Below are positions 44,211 through 52,906 of a stretch of DNA of 64,000 nucleotides, piece after piece. The translations under genes were made by a program, and so were the position numbers. The stretch is taken from the NCBI GenBank assembly GCA_963816145.1, contig CAWFJP010000004.1:288001-352000 (forward strand). The letters are read 5' to 3'. The notes under the pieces were generated by a model, which did not search any database, was not told the origin of the DNA, and saw nothing but the letters and a program-made list of their open reading frames with translations. Position 1 is the first letter of the stretch. Each line of letters starts with the position of its first letter. The DNA comes from an uncultured delta proteobacterium. Its GTDB lineage: Bacteria; Desulfobacterota; Binatia; UBA9968.

Positions 44211-45119
44211 TCAACTCCGGTCAACCTGCGATTGCCTGCGGTTAGCGTCCAGCATGCCGAGGTAGTGATAGATGCGGCCTTTGCTGCGATAGCGCTTACG
44301 CTCTTTCCCTATCAGAGTGTAAAAAACGTACTCGATGGCGACACGGGTGAGACTAAAGAGCATGGATGCTGTGCTACGTTTTCGAATCAGGAATCGGCTG
44401 CCGCCCTGCTGCCAGTGAATCTGTTTGAAATACTCCTCGGTCAAGCGCCGGCGGTCGACCCCATGGTAAACCATCGCCTGCGGCGCATAGCCGATGGCAA
44501 TGCCCGCGCGAGTCAGGCGGCGCGCGAAGTCGACGTCTTCCGAGGTCCCCGACGCGCCAGGCCCGAGGCGTTCGTCGAAGCCTCCGGCCCGGTCAAACGC
44601 GGTGCGAGAGACGAAGAAGTTGGCGCCGTTCAAGGAATGCACGGACCTTACGTCTCGCGGGTGTTCGAGTCTCGGGATCGTGCGATAGCGTTCAACCAAT
44701 TTGACGAGATCCGGATCGTTCTGGGCCGGTGCTTGCAACCGGATGGCCCCCTGTCCCGCCTCGAAGGTGCCGGTTCGAAAAAAATCATCGACGGCGGTGA
44801 GCCAATTCTTATCAACGACCACATCGTCGTCGAGAAAGGCGAAGACATCGCCGTTCGCCGCCTTGACGGCATCGTTAATCGCCGCGGATTTCCCGGGCCG
44901 TACTACGCCCAAGACTCGAAGCGTTATCGGAAAATCTTTGGCGACGTTGGCGGTGAAATCATCGGTGCCGTCATCCGAACCATTGTTGGCTACGATGACT
45001 TCCGGGCGAATCGCTCCGATATTGTCGGCGCCGCGCAGACTCTCTAAAAGCTCGCCGAGGGTCAGCTCGCGATTTTTCGTGGGGATGATGATGGAAAGAC
45101 TGAAAGATCGTGCATTCAT
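44211..45119 (-). CDS. glycosyltransferase family 2
   Basis: SIIIPTKNR, NNGSDDGT, FLDDD, GANF, GGFDERLG, SEDVDF. Confidence 0.9.
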   Translation of the reverse strand: MNARSFSLSIIIPTKNRELTLGELLESLRGADNIGAIRPEVIVANNGSDDGTDDFTANVAKDFPITLRVLGVVRPGKSAAINDAVKAANGDVFAFLDDDVVVDKNWLTAVDDFFRTGTFEAGQGAIRLQAPAQNDPDLVKLVERYRTIPRLEHPRDVRSVHSLNGANFFVSRTAFDRAGGFDERLGPGASGTSEDVDFARRLTRAGIAIGYAPQAMVYHGVDRRRLTEEYFKQIHWQQGGSRFLIRKRSTASMLFSLTRVAIEYVFYTLIGKERKRYRSKGRIYHYLGMLDANRRQSQVDRS

Positions 45120-45294
45120 GGTGCAAATTAACGGCTCTTTTAGTGTTTTTTGGAGGCCCGCGCCAGCATGTTATCAAGATAAACAAATTTGATCACAATA
45201 CAGACAATTTTTAACGTTTAAATAGTTGCTTGCATAAATTAATTAAGATACTAAATCTCTCTATGGTTGCTAGCCTAACGGCGCCAGCTAGGCG

Positions 45295-45521
45295 TATCCT
45301 GCAGTGCGGCCGCCTTGCCCGCTCGGGTCGTCGTAATCATTTTAACTTCGGTCTGTAGGTCGTTTGTTGCGCCTTGCACCATGGCCCGGGAGTCGTTATC
45401 GGCAACAATGATCTCGGGCCGGAGTTCGGTTAAGCCGTTCAGCCTCTTTAGGCTGGGAAAAGTTGCGCCAACGCCGGTGCTCGATCTTTTGTCGGTATTA
45501 TGCTGCTTGGGCGAAGCTCAT
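45295..45521 (-). pseudogene. degraded N-terminal fragment of a GT2 paralogue
   Basis: Minus strand, across frameshifts: SIIPTKDR...LRPEIIVADNDS...RAGKAAALQD aligns to the neighbouring GT2 (IIIPTKNR...IRPEVIVANNGS...RPGKSAAIND). Confidence 0.75.
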
Positions 45522-45646
45522 TCCCTCTGATCTTTCCGAATTGCTCAGCACGGCTTGCTCATGAACCCGGCTTGATCCCATAACCTCTAGGCAATAGGTC
45601 TGAGATGACAAACTCTATTAAATTTGCTAAATGAACGGTACAGTAA

Positions 45647-45674
45647 TTGCCAATTGCTGTGCTTCAACTAGGAT
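45647..45674 (+). promoter_or_regulatory. putative sigma-70 promoter for wzm-wzt
   Basis: TTGCCA-N16-TAGGAT, 36 nt before wzm. Confidence 0.35.
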
Positions 45675-45710
45675 ACCACGCTCAAATCAGCATCGACCCT
45701 CCACCGTCCC

Positions 45711-46478
45711 ATGACATCCCTATATCAGTACCGCGAGCTTATTCGCAATCTCGTTGTGAAGGATCTTAAGCTAAAATATCGGGATTCGACGATCGGTTTT
45801 ATCTGGTCGTTGGTGAATCCGCTGCTATTGATTCTTGTTTATAGCTTCGTTTTTAGCAACATCCTCAAGGGTGGCATACCGAACTTCTCGTATTTCTTAC
45901 TGATCGGTATCTTGCCTTGGAATTTTTTCGCTCAGTCGATCATGATGTCGACCGGTTCAATCCTGGACAATGGCGGACTGATTAGAAAAGTTGCCATGCC
46001 GATGGAGGTTTTTCCGGTCGCCACGGTACTCTTCAACTTGGTTCAACTTGTTCTGGCGTTATTGGTTTTTGCGCCTATGTCTTTCTGGTTCTTTCAAGTG
46101 CCGATGGCCTGGGTTACCCTATGGTTTTTCCCCTTGCTGATCTTGCACATGCTCTTTACCATTGGTCTGAGTTTCTTGATCTCGACAGCGACCATCTTTT
46201 ACCGTGATGTGCGCCATTTTGTCGAGATCGCCTTGACGCTGTTATTCTGGCTTACACCGGTTATTTACGATATTGGCAGCGTTCCGGAATCTTTCCGCTC
46301 GGTCATTTACTGGAATCCGCAGTCCTTCTTTATCCTGAGTTATCAAGACATTCTTTATCGTCAAGCGGCGCCTGAAAATTCTCGAGTCGCGATCTTGATA
46401 TTATTGACGGTGGCGTCACTGACGATCGGCTACCAAGTGCATCGTCATTATAAGGCTCGGTTTGCCGAAGAGGTTTGA
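45711..46478 (+). CDS. wzm: ABC-2 polysaccharide exporter permease (Wzm/RfbA/TagG family)
   Basis: KDLKLKYRDSTIGFIWSLVNPL, YRDVRH, WLTPVIY, WNP; about 6 TM segments. Confidence 0.9.
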   Translation: MTSLYQYRELIRNLVVKDLKLKYRDSTIGFIWSLVNPLLLILVYSFVFSNILKGGIPNFSYFLLIGILPWNFFAQSIMMSTGSILDNGGLIRKVAMPMEVFPVATVLFNLVQLVLALLVFAPMSFWFFQVPMAWVTLWFFPLLILHMLFTIGLSFLISTATIFYRDVRHFVEIALTLLFWLTPVIYDIGSVPESFRSVIYWNPQSFFILSYQDILYRQAAPENSRVAILILLTVASLTIGYQVHRHYKARFAEEV

Positions 46479-46482
46479 GGAG

Positions 46483-47232
46483 ATGGCGGGTCGAATCGAT
46501 ATCGTCAGTGTATCCAAAGCGTTTTCGATTCGCCACAATCGCTCGAATTCGCTCAAATCGTCATTTGTCGGAATCTTTCACCCGCGTTACCAGGAGCGCG
46601 TGGAAGAGTTTTGGGCCCTGCGCGATATCAACTTGGAGATCCAGCCCGGTGAATCTTTCGGCATCATCGGTCGGAATGGCTCCGGCAAGAGCACGCTTTT
46701 GAGAATCATCGCGGGGATTTATTCCCCCTCGTCGGGCGAAATTCGCATGCCGAAAAATATCCGCGTCGGCGCCATGATCGAGCTCGGGGTGGGCTTTCAT
46801 CCGGAGCTAACCGGACGAGAAAATGTCTTTTTGGGTGCTTCGATCCACGGACTCTGTCGTAAGGAAATCGAGGCGCTGTATCCGGCCATCGTCGAGTTCG
46901 CGGAGTTGGAGGAGTTCATGGATACCGCGATGAAAAATTATTCCTCCGGCATGCAGGCGCGCCTCGGCTTCGCGTTGGCGGTTAATCTCAATCCCGATCT
47001 TTTTATCATCGATGAAGTCCTCTCCGTGGGAGACGAAGCCTTTCAGCAGAAATGCGTCAAGCAAATTGAAGCGTTTCAAGCCCTGGGCAAGACTATCATT
47101 TTCGTTTCACATAGCCCGGAGGTCGTCAAAAGCATTTGCAGTCGGGTCTGCGTCTTGGATCACGGCTCATTGGTCTATTTGGGAGAGGCTCAAGAGGCGA
47201 TTGAACATTATCACGCTCGCCTGCCGCATTAG
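46483..47232 (+). CDS. wzt: ABC polysaccharide exporter ATPase (Wzt/RfbB/TagH family), no C-terminal carbohydrate-binding domain
   Basis: FWALRDI, GRNGSGKSTLL, YSSGMQARLGF, DEVLSVGD; 249 aa from ATG 46483. Confidence 0.92.
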   Translation: MAGRIDIVSVSKAFSIRHNRSNSLKSSFVGIFHPRYQERVEEFWALRDINLEIQPGESFGIIGRNGSGKSTLLRIIAGIYSPSSGEIRMPKNIRVGAMIELGVGFHPELTGRENVFLGASIHGLCRKEIEALYPAIVEFAELEEFMDTAMKNYSSGMQARLGFALAVNLNPDLFIIDEVLSVGDEAFQQKCVKQIEAFQALGKTIIFVSHSPEVVKSICSRVCVLDHGSLVYLGEAQEAIEHYHARLPH

Positions 47233-47535
47233 ATATTGACTCGATAGTGTATCAATTCCCGCAATGGTTAGCCGAAAGATTTTCGAATATCACTTTGCGC
47301 TGGTACTCAACAGGCGAGCAACGGACCAAGAAGCAGAATTATAATGGGGGAAGTTCCTGCCATTAATTAAGCTGCCTGTCCGTCTGTCTCTTCCGCCGTT
47401 TTACCGCTACCACAAAACGGCTCTTTGCAGGTTATTTGCTTCGATATTAATCAGCCTCGCAATCCAAGTCGATAGCGTTTGCACCGATTTTGCGGGATCC
47501 CGGGTTACATGGTACTTTCGCCGGAAAGCGATGTC

Positions 47536-48018
47536 ATGAATTATGCCACCGATCCTCAGAGTCGTGCCGTGAGAGGGCAGATCTACTTGCTGCTAGTCGT
47601 GGCATTAGTCGCATACTTGGGAGGTTGTACGATGTCGGACGCTCAACCCACCGAGAAAAAGGCCGGATGGACAACGAAAGTCGCGCCGGAATTAATAAAT
47701 CTGTATGACGAATATTCGCGCTACCTGGCTTCAGGTAAGTCCGGCGAGTTCAAATCGACCCATTCGTTGGTACCGGTCATTGATGATCGTGTGGTGATCG
47801 ACGCGGTGGCGTCTGGTGATGCGACCATTCTCAAAGCGGACCTAGAGTCCCTCGGGATGCAACGCGCGGTTGCCTTCGGTCGCATCGTCTCAGGCCAGCT
47901 GCCAATTTTGGCAATCTCCCGTATGGCGACACTACCTAGCTTGAATTTTGCCAGGGCGGCCTCTGCCGTTTTGCAAGGCGGCGGATCTCCGGTTCGTCCT
48001 GGGCCGCTTCCTCAATAG
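47536..48018 (+). CDS. predicted lipoprotein; stand-alone homologue of the downstream protease propeptide
   Basis: hydrophobic stretch ending in the lipobox LGG-C; 48/93 ungapped identities (hand count) to the protease N-terminal region; start uncertain (47536 or GTG 47569). Confidence 0.8.
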   Translation: MNYATDPQSRAVRGQIYLLLVVALVAYLGGCTMSDAQPTEKKAGWTTKVAPELINLYDEYSRYLASGKSGEFKSTHSLVPVIDDRVVIDAVASGDATILKADLESLGMQRAVAFGRIVSGQLPILAISRMATLPSLNFARAASAVLQGGGSPVRPGPLPQ

Positions 48019-48046
48019 TTGATTGGCAGACAACGAGGGAAATTGC

Positions 48047-50515
48047 ATGAAACGATGGGTTTTGGGTTTGTTTGCCGTCATTCTGCTCCCTTGCCTTGGC
48101 AGCAACATCGCGCAGGCTCAAGCCAATAAGAGTGACCCCATGGCCAAGCTAACGCAAAGCTTGGTAACTCTCCACGATCGCTTTACCACACACTTGGCAC
48201 AACGCAGCGCGGCGTCGTTTAGATCCGCTGATCCTTTAGTCTCGCTGGTGGCCGATCGTGTTGTCGTCGATGCGGTTGCTGCTGGTGATGTTGATTTACT
48301 TAAAGCAGATTTGGTGTCGTTGGGAATGCGCAATGCAGTCTCCTTTGGACGGGTCGTCTCGGGCCAGCTGCCTATCGCCGCGCTTCCCGCCGCCGCGGGA
48401 CTGGCAAACCTGGGGTTCGCACGATCCACCGCTGCCATAACCAGTGCCGGTAGCGTGACGAGCCAGGGCGATCAAGCGATCCGTTCCAATGTGGCGCGGG
48501 CCACTTACGGGGTGGATGGGAGCGGGGTCACAGTGGGAGCCCTGTCAGATAGCTTTAACTGTCTCGGCGGCGCCACGGCAGACATCACTAGCGGGGACCT
48601 ATCGCCAGTAACCGTGGTCCAGGAGATTGGGAGCTGCGGCGCCGGTACCGACGAGGGCCGGGCCATGCTGCAAATCGTCCATGACGTCGCCCCCGGGGCT
48701 AGTTTGGCCTTTGCCACTGCGTTTAATGGCTCGGCTTCTTTTGCGGCGAACATTCAGTCGCTCGCGGCGGCCGGAGCGAAAGTAATCGTCGATGATGTAA
48801 TTTATTTAGCCGAGCCAATGTTTCAGGACGGTATCATCGCCCAGGCGGTCAATAACGTGGTCTCGGGAGGTGCCGCTTATTTCTCGGCGGCCGGCAACCA
48901 AGGTCGCGACGGTTATGAAAGCGCCTTCCGGCCAGGTGATGTCTTCGCGGCCAACGCGTTTCCGGGTGCACCCGCTTTTCTCGGTGGCACAGCCCACAAT
49001 TTCAATGCCAGCGGCGGCAACGATCCTTTCCAAAGCATCACGATCCCGGCAGGTACCACTGTCTCTGTTAGCCTACAATGGGACTCGCCGTTTTTTTCAG
49101 CTTGCCCTCCATCGACAAGCAACTGCCAAAGGACGCAAAACAATCTCGACCTCTATATTTTAGATGCCTCTGCAAGCGTAGTCATAGCCGGAGTTACAAC
49201 CAACAATATCATCAGCGGCGATGCGGTCGAGCTCCTCGGAGTCATGGTCACCGGCTCAACGCCACTTACCGTGAATCTCATGATCGTCAATCGCTCGGGA
49301 CCTAACCCGGGTTTGATTAAGTACGTTTATTTTGTTTCTGGTGCAGCACCGACGATCAACGAGTACGCCACAAACAGCGGCACGCTCTACGGCCATGCCA
49401 ACGCAGTTGGCGCGGAATCGGTGGGTGCGGCTGCCTACTTTAACACTCCAGCATTCGGTGTTTCTCCGCCGGTTTTAAATTCCTATTCTTCATCAGGGTC
49501 GACCCCTATTCTTTTTGACTTGGCAGGTAACCGGCTTACCAATCCCGAACTCCGTGCCAAGCCGGAGATTGTCGCCCCGGATGGCGGCGACACGACATTC
49601 TTTGGCTCCCTATATCCAGATGGAAATGGATTCCCCAACTTCTTTGGCACGTCGGCCTCGGCGCCTCATGCGGCGGGTGTAGCGGCACTAATGTTACAGA
49701 GGAGACCGACGTTAGTGCCGGCCGGATTATACGCAAGTCTGGAAAGCACCGCGATTGATATGGGCGTGCCAGGCTTCGATAGTGACAGCGGATTTGGCCT
49801 TATTCAGGCCGATGCGGCCCTAGTGATAAACGAAGTTTTTGTTCGTCAACAGTATTTGGATTTTTTGGATCGGGAGCCGGATTCTGGGGGCTTTGCGGGC
49901 TGGGTGAATGTATTGGACAACGGCTTACCGAGGGCGAGTTTGATCGAAGCATTCATGGATTCGGGGGAATTTCACTTTAAGGGGGAATTCATCGCCCAGG
50001 TTTATTTGGGGATTTTGACTCGGGATGCTGAATATAGTGGATTTCGGGGTTGGTTAGGGTTATTGCTCGCAGGAGCATCTCCAGAGCAGATTGTACAGGC
50101 GTTTTTAGTCTCGGGTGAATTTCAGTCTAGGTTTGGCAGCAATCTAACCAACGCACAGTTTGTCGAGCGGATGTACAATAATATATTGCTACGGCCGTCA
50201 GATCCTGGGGGATTTAATGGTTGGGTACAGGTATTAAACAGCGGGCAGCTGACTAGGGCACAGGTGGCGTTGAGTTTTTTGGATTCGGGAGAGTTTCAGA
50301 ATCTGGATGTGAGCCAGAATAGGGTGGACCTATCGCTTTTGTATTTCGATATGCTGCGGCGGGATCCTGATGCTGGGAGTTTTTCGGCGTGGGTAGGGGA
50401 TCTCGATGCTGGAGTACCATTCACATCGGTGCTAGAGGGCTTTCTGAACTCTATCGAATATAAAACGCGAATTGCCGCACTGGTGGCATCCTTGCAATTT
50501 TCCTCTAGGCTCTGA
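48047..50515 (+). CDS. secreted subtilase (S8/S53-like) with propeptide and C-terminal DUF4214-like repeats
   Basis: Sec signal MKRWVLGLF...AQA; VGALSDSF, DEGRAM, SAAGN, KPEIVAPDG, FFGTSASAPHAAG; SD GAGGGA. Confidence 0.88.
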   Translation: MKRWVLGLFAVILLPCLGSNIAQAQANKSDPMAKLTQSLVTLHDRFTTHLAQRSAASFRSADPLVSLVADRVVVDAVAAGDVDLLKADLVSLGMRNAVSFGRVVSGQLPIAALPAAAGLANLGFARSTAAITSAGSVTSQGDQAIRSNVARATYGVDGSGVTVGALSDSFNCLGGATADITSGDLSPVTVVQEIGSCGAGTDEGRAMLQIVHDVAPGASLAFATAFNGSASFAANIQSLAAAGAKVIVDDVIYLAEPMFQDGIIAQAVNNVVSGGAAYFSAAGNQGRDGYESAFRPGDVFAANAFPGAPAFLGGTAHNFNASGGNDPFQSITIPAGTTVSVSLQWDSPFFSACPPSTSNCQRTQNNLDLYILDASASVVIAGVTTNNIISGDAVELLGVMVTGSTPLTVNLMIVNRSGPNPGLIKYVYFVSGAAPTINEYATNSGTLYGHANAVGAESVGAAAYFNTPAFGVSPPVLNSYSSSGSTPILFDLAGNRLTNPELRAKPEIVAPDGGDTTFFGSLYPDGNGFPNFFGTSASAPHAAGVAALMLQRRPTLVPAGLYASLESTAIDMGVPGFDSDSGFGLIQADAALVINEVFVRQQYLDFLDREPDSGGFAGWVNVLDNGLPRASLIEAFMDSGEFHFKGEFIAQVYLGILTRDAEYSGFRGWLGLLLAGASPEQIVQAFLVSGEFQSRFGSNLTNAQFVERMYNNILLRPSDPGGFNGWVQVLNSGQLTRAQVALSFLDSGEFQNLDVSQNRVDLSLLYFDMLRRDPDAGSFSAWVGDLDAGVPFTSVLEGFLNSIEYKTRIAALVASLQFSSRL
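49835..50463 (+). repeat. DUF4214-like four-repeat C-terminal module, copy 1
   Basis: 4 x Y-x3-L-x-R-x-(P)D-x2-G-x3-W...F-x2-S-x-E[FY]; core 49941-50418 matches 54799-55276 with 8 mismatches. Confidence 0.9.
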
Positions 50516-51506
50516 AAAGGTTTGGGAAATCGCATAGAGTGAAGTGATAAATTTGTTCAGTCGAGCTAGAAGTGTCCGGCAGGTTTCACAATAAAATCGG
50601 TTGGTTAGTGTTGTCGCACAACAGTTCGTTGGTTGACGCGTAGGTAAGGCGCTGGAACAAAGAATTATTCTCCAACGGTGCAATGCTCAGAATCTGTAAC
50701 TTTTCGTGCAAGGACAAATCTCAATTGAGACGCTAACGAACGCTGGCGACTAATTTGGGAATCTCTGAACAAGTCTTCTGTAAAGTCGTCTAAAATCCAA
50801 AACCGGTAAGAATGTCCAGTTTTTCAATGGGACAAAATCGCGGGAACAAGTGAATCGTTGTTGGTTGAGGTTCGACGGTCGCCAACATGCCGAGCGCAAT
50901 TTTTGCACCCTCCCAGAGAGGCCCTGGACTATCAAACCGGGTATTTTTTGTTACAACAGAAAAACTACACATCGGGTCCGAGACGGATTGCGTAAAAGCG
51001 GTGCGGCTCGCGAGCGTCGCCATTAGGTCAAGACTTGCCGCGATTCGTTCCAATCCACCTTACCCGGACCAAGATCATAACGGGCACCGATAAGCATTCT
51101 CGGCTGAATGGTTCCTCATGCAGCAGGTCAGCGCCCCCAATAGTAACTAAACAAGGCCGAAACAGCTTTGCTACAGTAGCGCGTTAGTGAATCGTTGTTA
51201 GGCACCGGATGAATATAGCTGTTATTACCAAATAGCTTCTATTAATTACAGCAATTACACAATAGTTACTAGGCCTTCATAAGCATAGCTCGGGAAAAAA
51301 TTTTGTCGATGACTCTTACTTCATCGGTGGCGAGGATCGTAGTTGTAGCTAAACGCCTACGCATCACCTGTCTGATTTTCGAGTCACCAACTGACAAAAC
51401 TGTTCCTTCTTCACCATTCGATGGTCAGAACTGAACAAAAAAATATAACCGGTTTCCCCCAGGGAACAGCGGAGCGTCACAGACGGCAAGGGTGTGCGTT
51501 TAGAGT

Positions 51507-51520
51507 TGACACAAGTGTCA
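51507..51520. promoter_or_regulatory. palindromic operator candidate
   Basis: TGACAC-AA-GTGTCA, 13 nt upstream of the sigma-54 -24 element. Confidence 0.4.
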
Positions 51521-51533
51521 TGTCCGAAGGCTG

Positions 51534-51549
51534 TGGCATCAACCCTGCT
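51534..51549 (+). promoter_or_regulatory. putative sigma-54 (-24/-12) promoter
   Basis: TGGCAT-CAACC-CTGCT, exact GG-N10-GC spacing, about 110 nt upstream of the riboswitch. Confidence 0.6.
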
Positions 51550-51658
51550 TAAGACGATCCAAGAAATTTTTAAAATTGTTGCACGGGTTTAATAGAAAAT
51601 GCGGGTTGGTTGCATAAGTGCTCGAAAACTTTCAACCAAAGCACTCGATAAGACTAAC

Positions 51659-51754
51659 GGTCGAAAAAGGCAATCCATCCGCAAGGGTAGGACGCGAAGT
51701 CACTGACCTGAGTTCCCCTACGCCGGAATACGGTAGCGGGGTTGCCATGCGACC
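51659..51754 (+). ncRNA. cyclic di-GMP-I (GEMM-I) riboswitch aptamer
   Basis: P1 GGTCG/CGACC; AAAGGCAATCCATCC-GCAA-GGGTAGGACGCGAAG...ACCTGAG...TACGGTAGCGGGGTTGCC fits the GEMM-I consensus; in the 5' leader of the CDS at 51809. Confidence 0.85.
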
Positions 51755-51808
51755 CCAGTTGACCTTTTCAACGACTGCGGGTCATGCACGCGAAGGAGGT
51801 TCTCTGGG

Positions 51809-52906
51809 ATGAGCCGTCTGTATTTTCTATGTCGAACAATAATTGTCATCGCAACTGTGTTGGCCGCGGGTGTGGCACTAGCAGATCGGGTCGAAGCAGC
51901 GAGCCTTCGTCTTGGCTGGAGCGACAACTCTAGCAACGAAAGTGGATTCAAAATTGAACGTCGCGCAGCCGGTGGAAGTTATGCTCAGCTTACGACTGTC
52001 GGCGCAAATGTTACGTCATACACTGACTCCGGCCTGACCTCTGGCCGGACATATTGCTATATTGTTCGCGCCTTCAATTCCGCCGGCACCTCGGTCCCAA
52101 CCAAGGAAGCTTGCGCGACAACTGCGTCAACATCCACGAGTAGCAGCACATCGTCAAGCACCACCACGACAACCTCGACCGGGACGACGGGTTCTACGTC
52201 AACTTCCGGCGGCAGCTCGGCGCTAACACTATTCTCTGATAATCGTGTGTTCGTCTCTCAGCAGTATTTAGACTTTCTGGATCGAGCGCCGGACTCTGTA
52301 GGATTTGCTGCATGGGTCAATGCACTGAACAGCGGGTTTCCGAAGGCGGGCCTAATCGAGAGCTTCATGGATTCTGGAGAATCCCGCATTAAGGGGAAAT
52401 TCATTGCTCAAACTTACCTGGGGATTTTTAGTCGGGATGCCGGGCATAACGAGTTTCGTGATTGGTTGGGAGCGTTGCTGCAGGGGATGTCACGGGAACA
52501 GATCGTGCAGTTTTTTTTGAACTCCGATGAGTTTAAGTCTCGGTTTGGCAGTGGTCTGACGAACAGACAGTTTGTGGAGAGGATGTACAATAACATACTG
52601 CTGCGTTCGTCTGATTATGCGGGATTAAATGGTTGGGTGTGGGCACTAAACAACGGGCAGGTGACCAGGGCGCAGGTGGCGCTGAGTTTTTTGGATTCGG
52701 ATGAATTTCAGAATCTTAGTGCCAGTCAGAACCGGGTGGACATAGCGCTTTTGTATTTCGACATGTTGCGGCGGGATCCTGATGCTGGGGGTTTTTCGGG
52801 GTGGGTCGAAGCTCTCAATTCGGGCGTACCGCTTACATCGGCAATCGATGCTTTCCTAATGTCCCGTGAATATCAAGCTCAATTCTGTAATTGCGTTCTA
52901 CAATAG
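51809..52906 (+). CDS. secreted FN3-domain protein with Ser/Thr linker and C-terminal DUF4214-like repeats
   Basis: signal peptide; LGWSDNSSNESGFKIER...YTDSGL...YCYIVRAFNSAG FN3 signature; S/T-rich linker; SD AAGGAGG. Confidence 0.88.
   Translation: MSRLYFLCRTIIVIATVLAAGVALADRVEAASLRLGWSDNSSNESGFKIERRAAGGSYAQLTTVGANVTSYTDSGLTSGRTYCYIVRAFNSAGTSVPTKEACATTASTSTSSSTSSSTTTTTSTGTTGSTSTSGGSSALTLFSDNRVFVSQQYLDFLDRAPDSVGFAAWVNALNSGFPKAGLIESFMDSGESRIKGKFIAQTYLGIFSRDAGHNEFRDWLGALLQGMSREQIVQFFLNSDEFKSRFGSGLTNRQFVERMYNNILLRSSDYAGLNGWVWALNNGQVTRAQVALSFLDSDEFQNLSASQNRVDIALLYFDMLRRDPDAGGFSGWVEALNSGVPLTSAIDAFLMSREYQAQFCNCVLQ
52247..52873 (+). repeat. DUF4214-like four-repeat C-terminal module, copy 2 (more diverged)
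   Basis: VFVSQQYLDFLDRAPD...FVERMYNNILLR...LYFDMLRRDPDAGG...FLMSREY, collinear with copies 1 and 3. Confidence 0.88.

Noticed and set aside
44232-45047. 271-aa plus-strand ORF
   Set aside because: Shadow of the minus-strand GT2, which carries the family motifs.
51659-51754. cGAMP-selective GEMM-Ib riboswitch
   Set aside because: The position-20 equivalent is G (51669), not the A that typifies the cGAMP-binding subclass.
52120-52220. Ser/Thr-rich tract as a phase-variable repeat
   Set aside because: The codons are heterogeneous with no perfect DNA tandem repeat; it is an ordinary linker.
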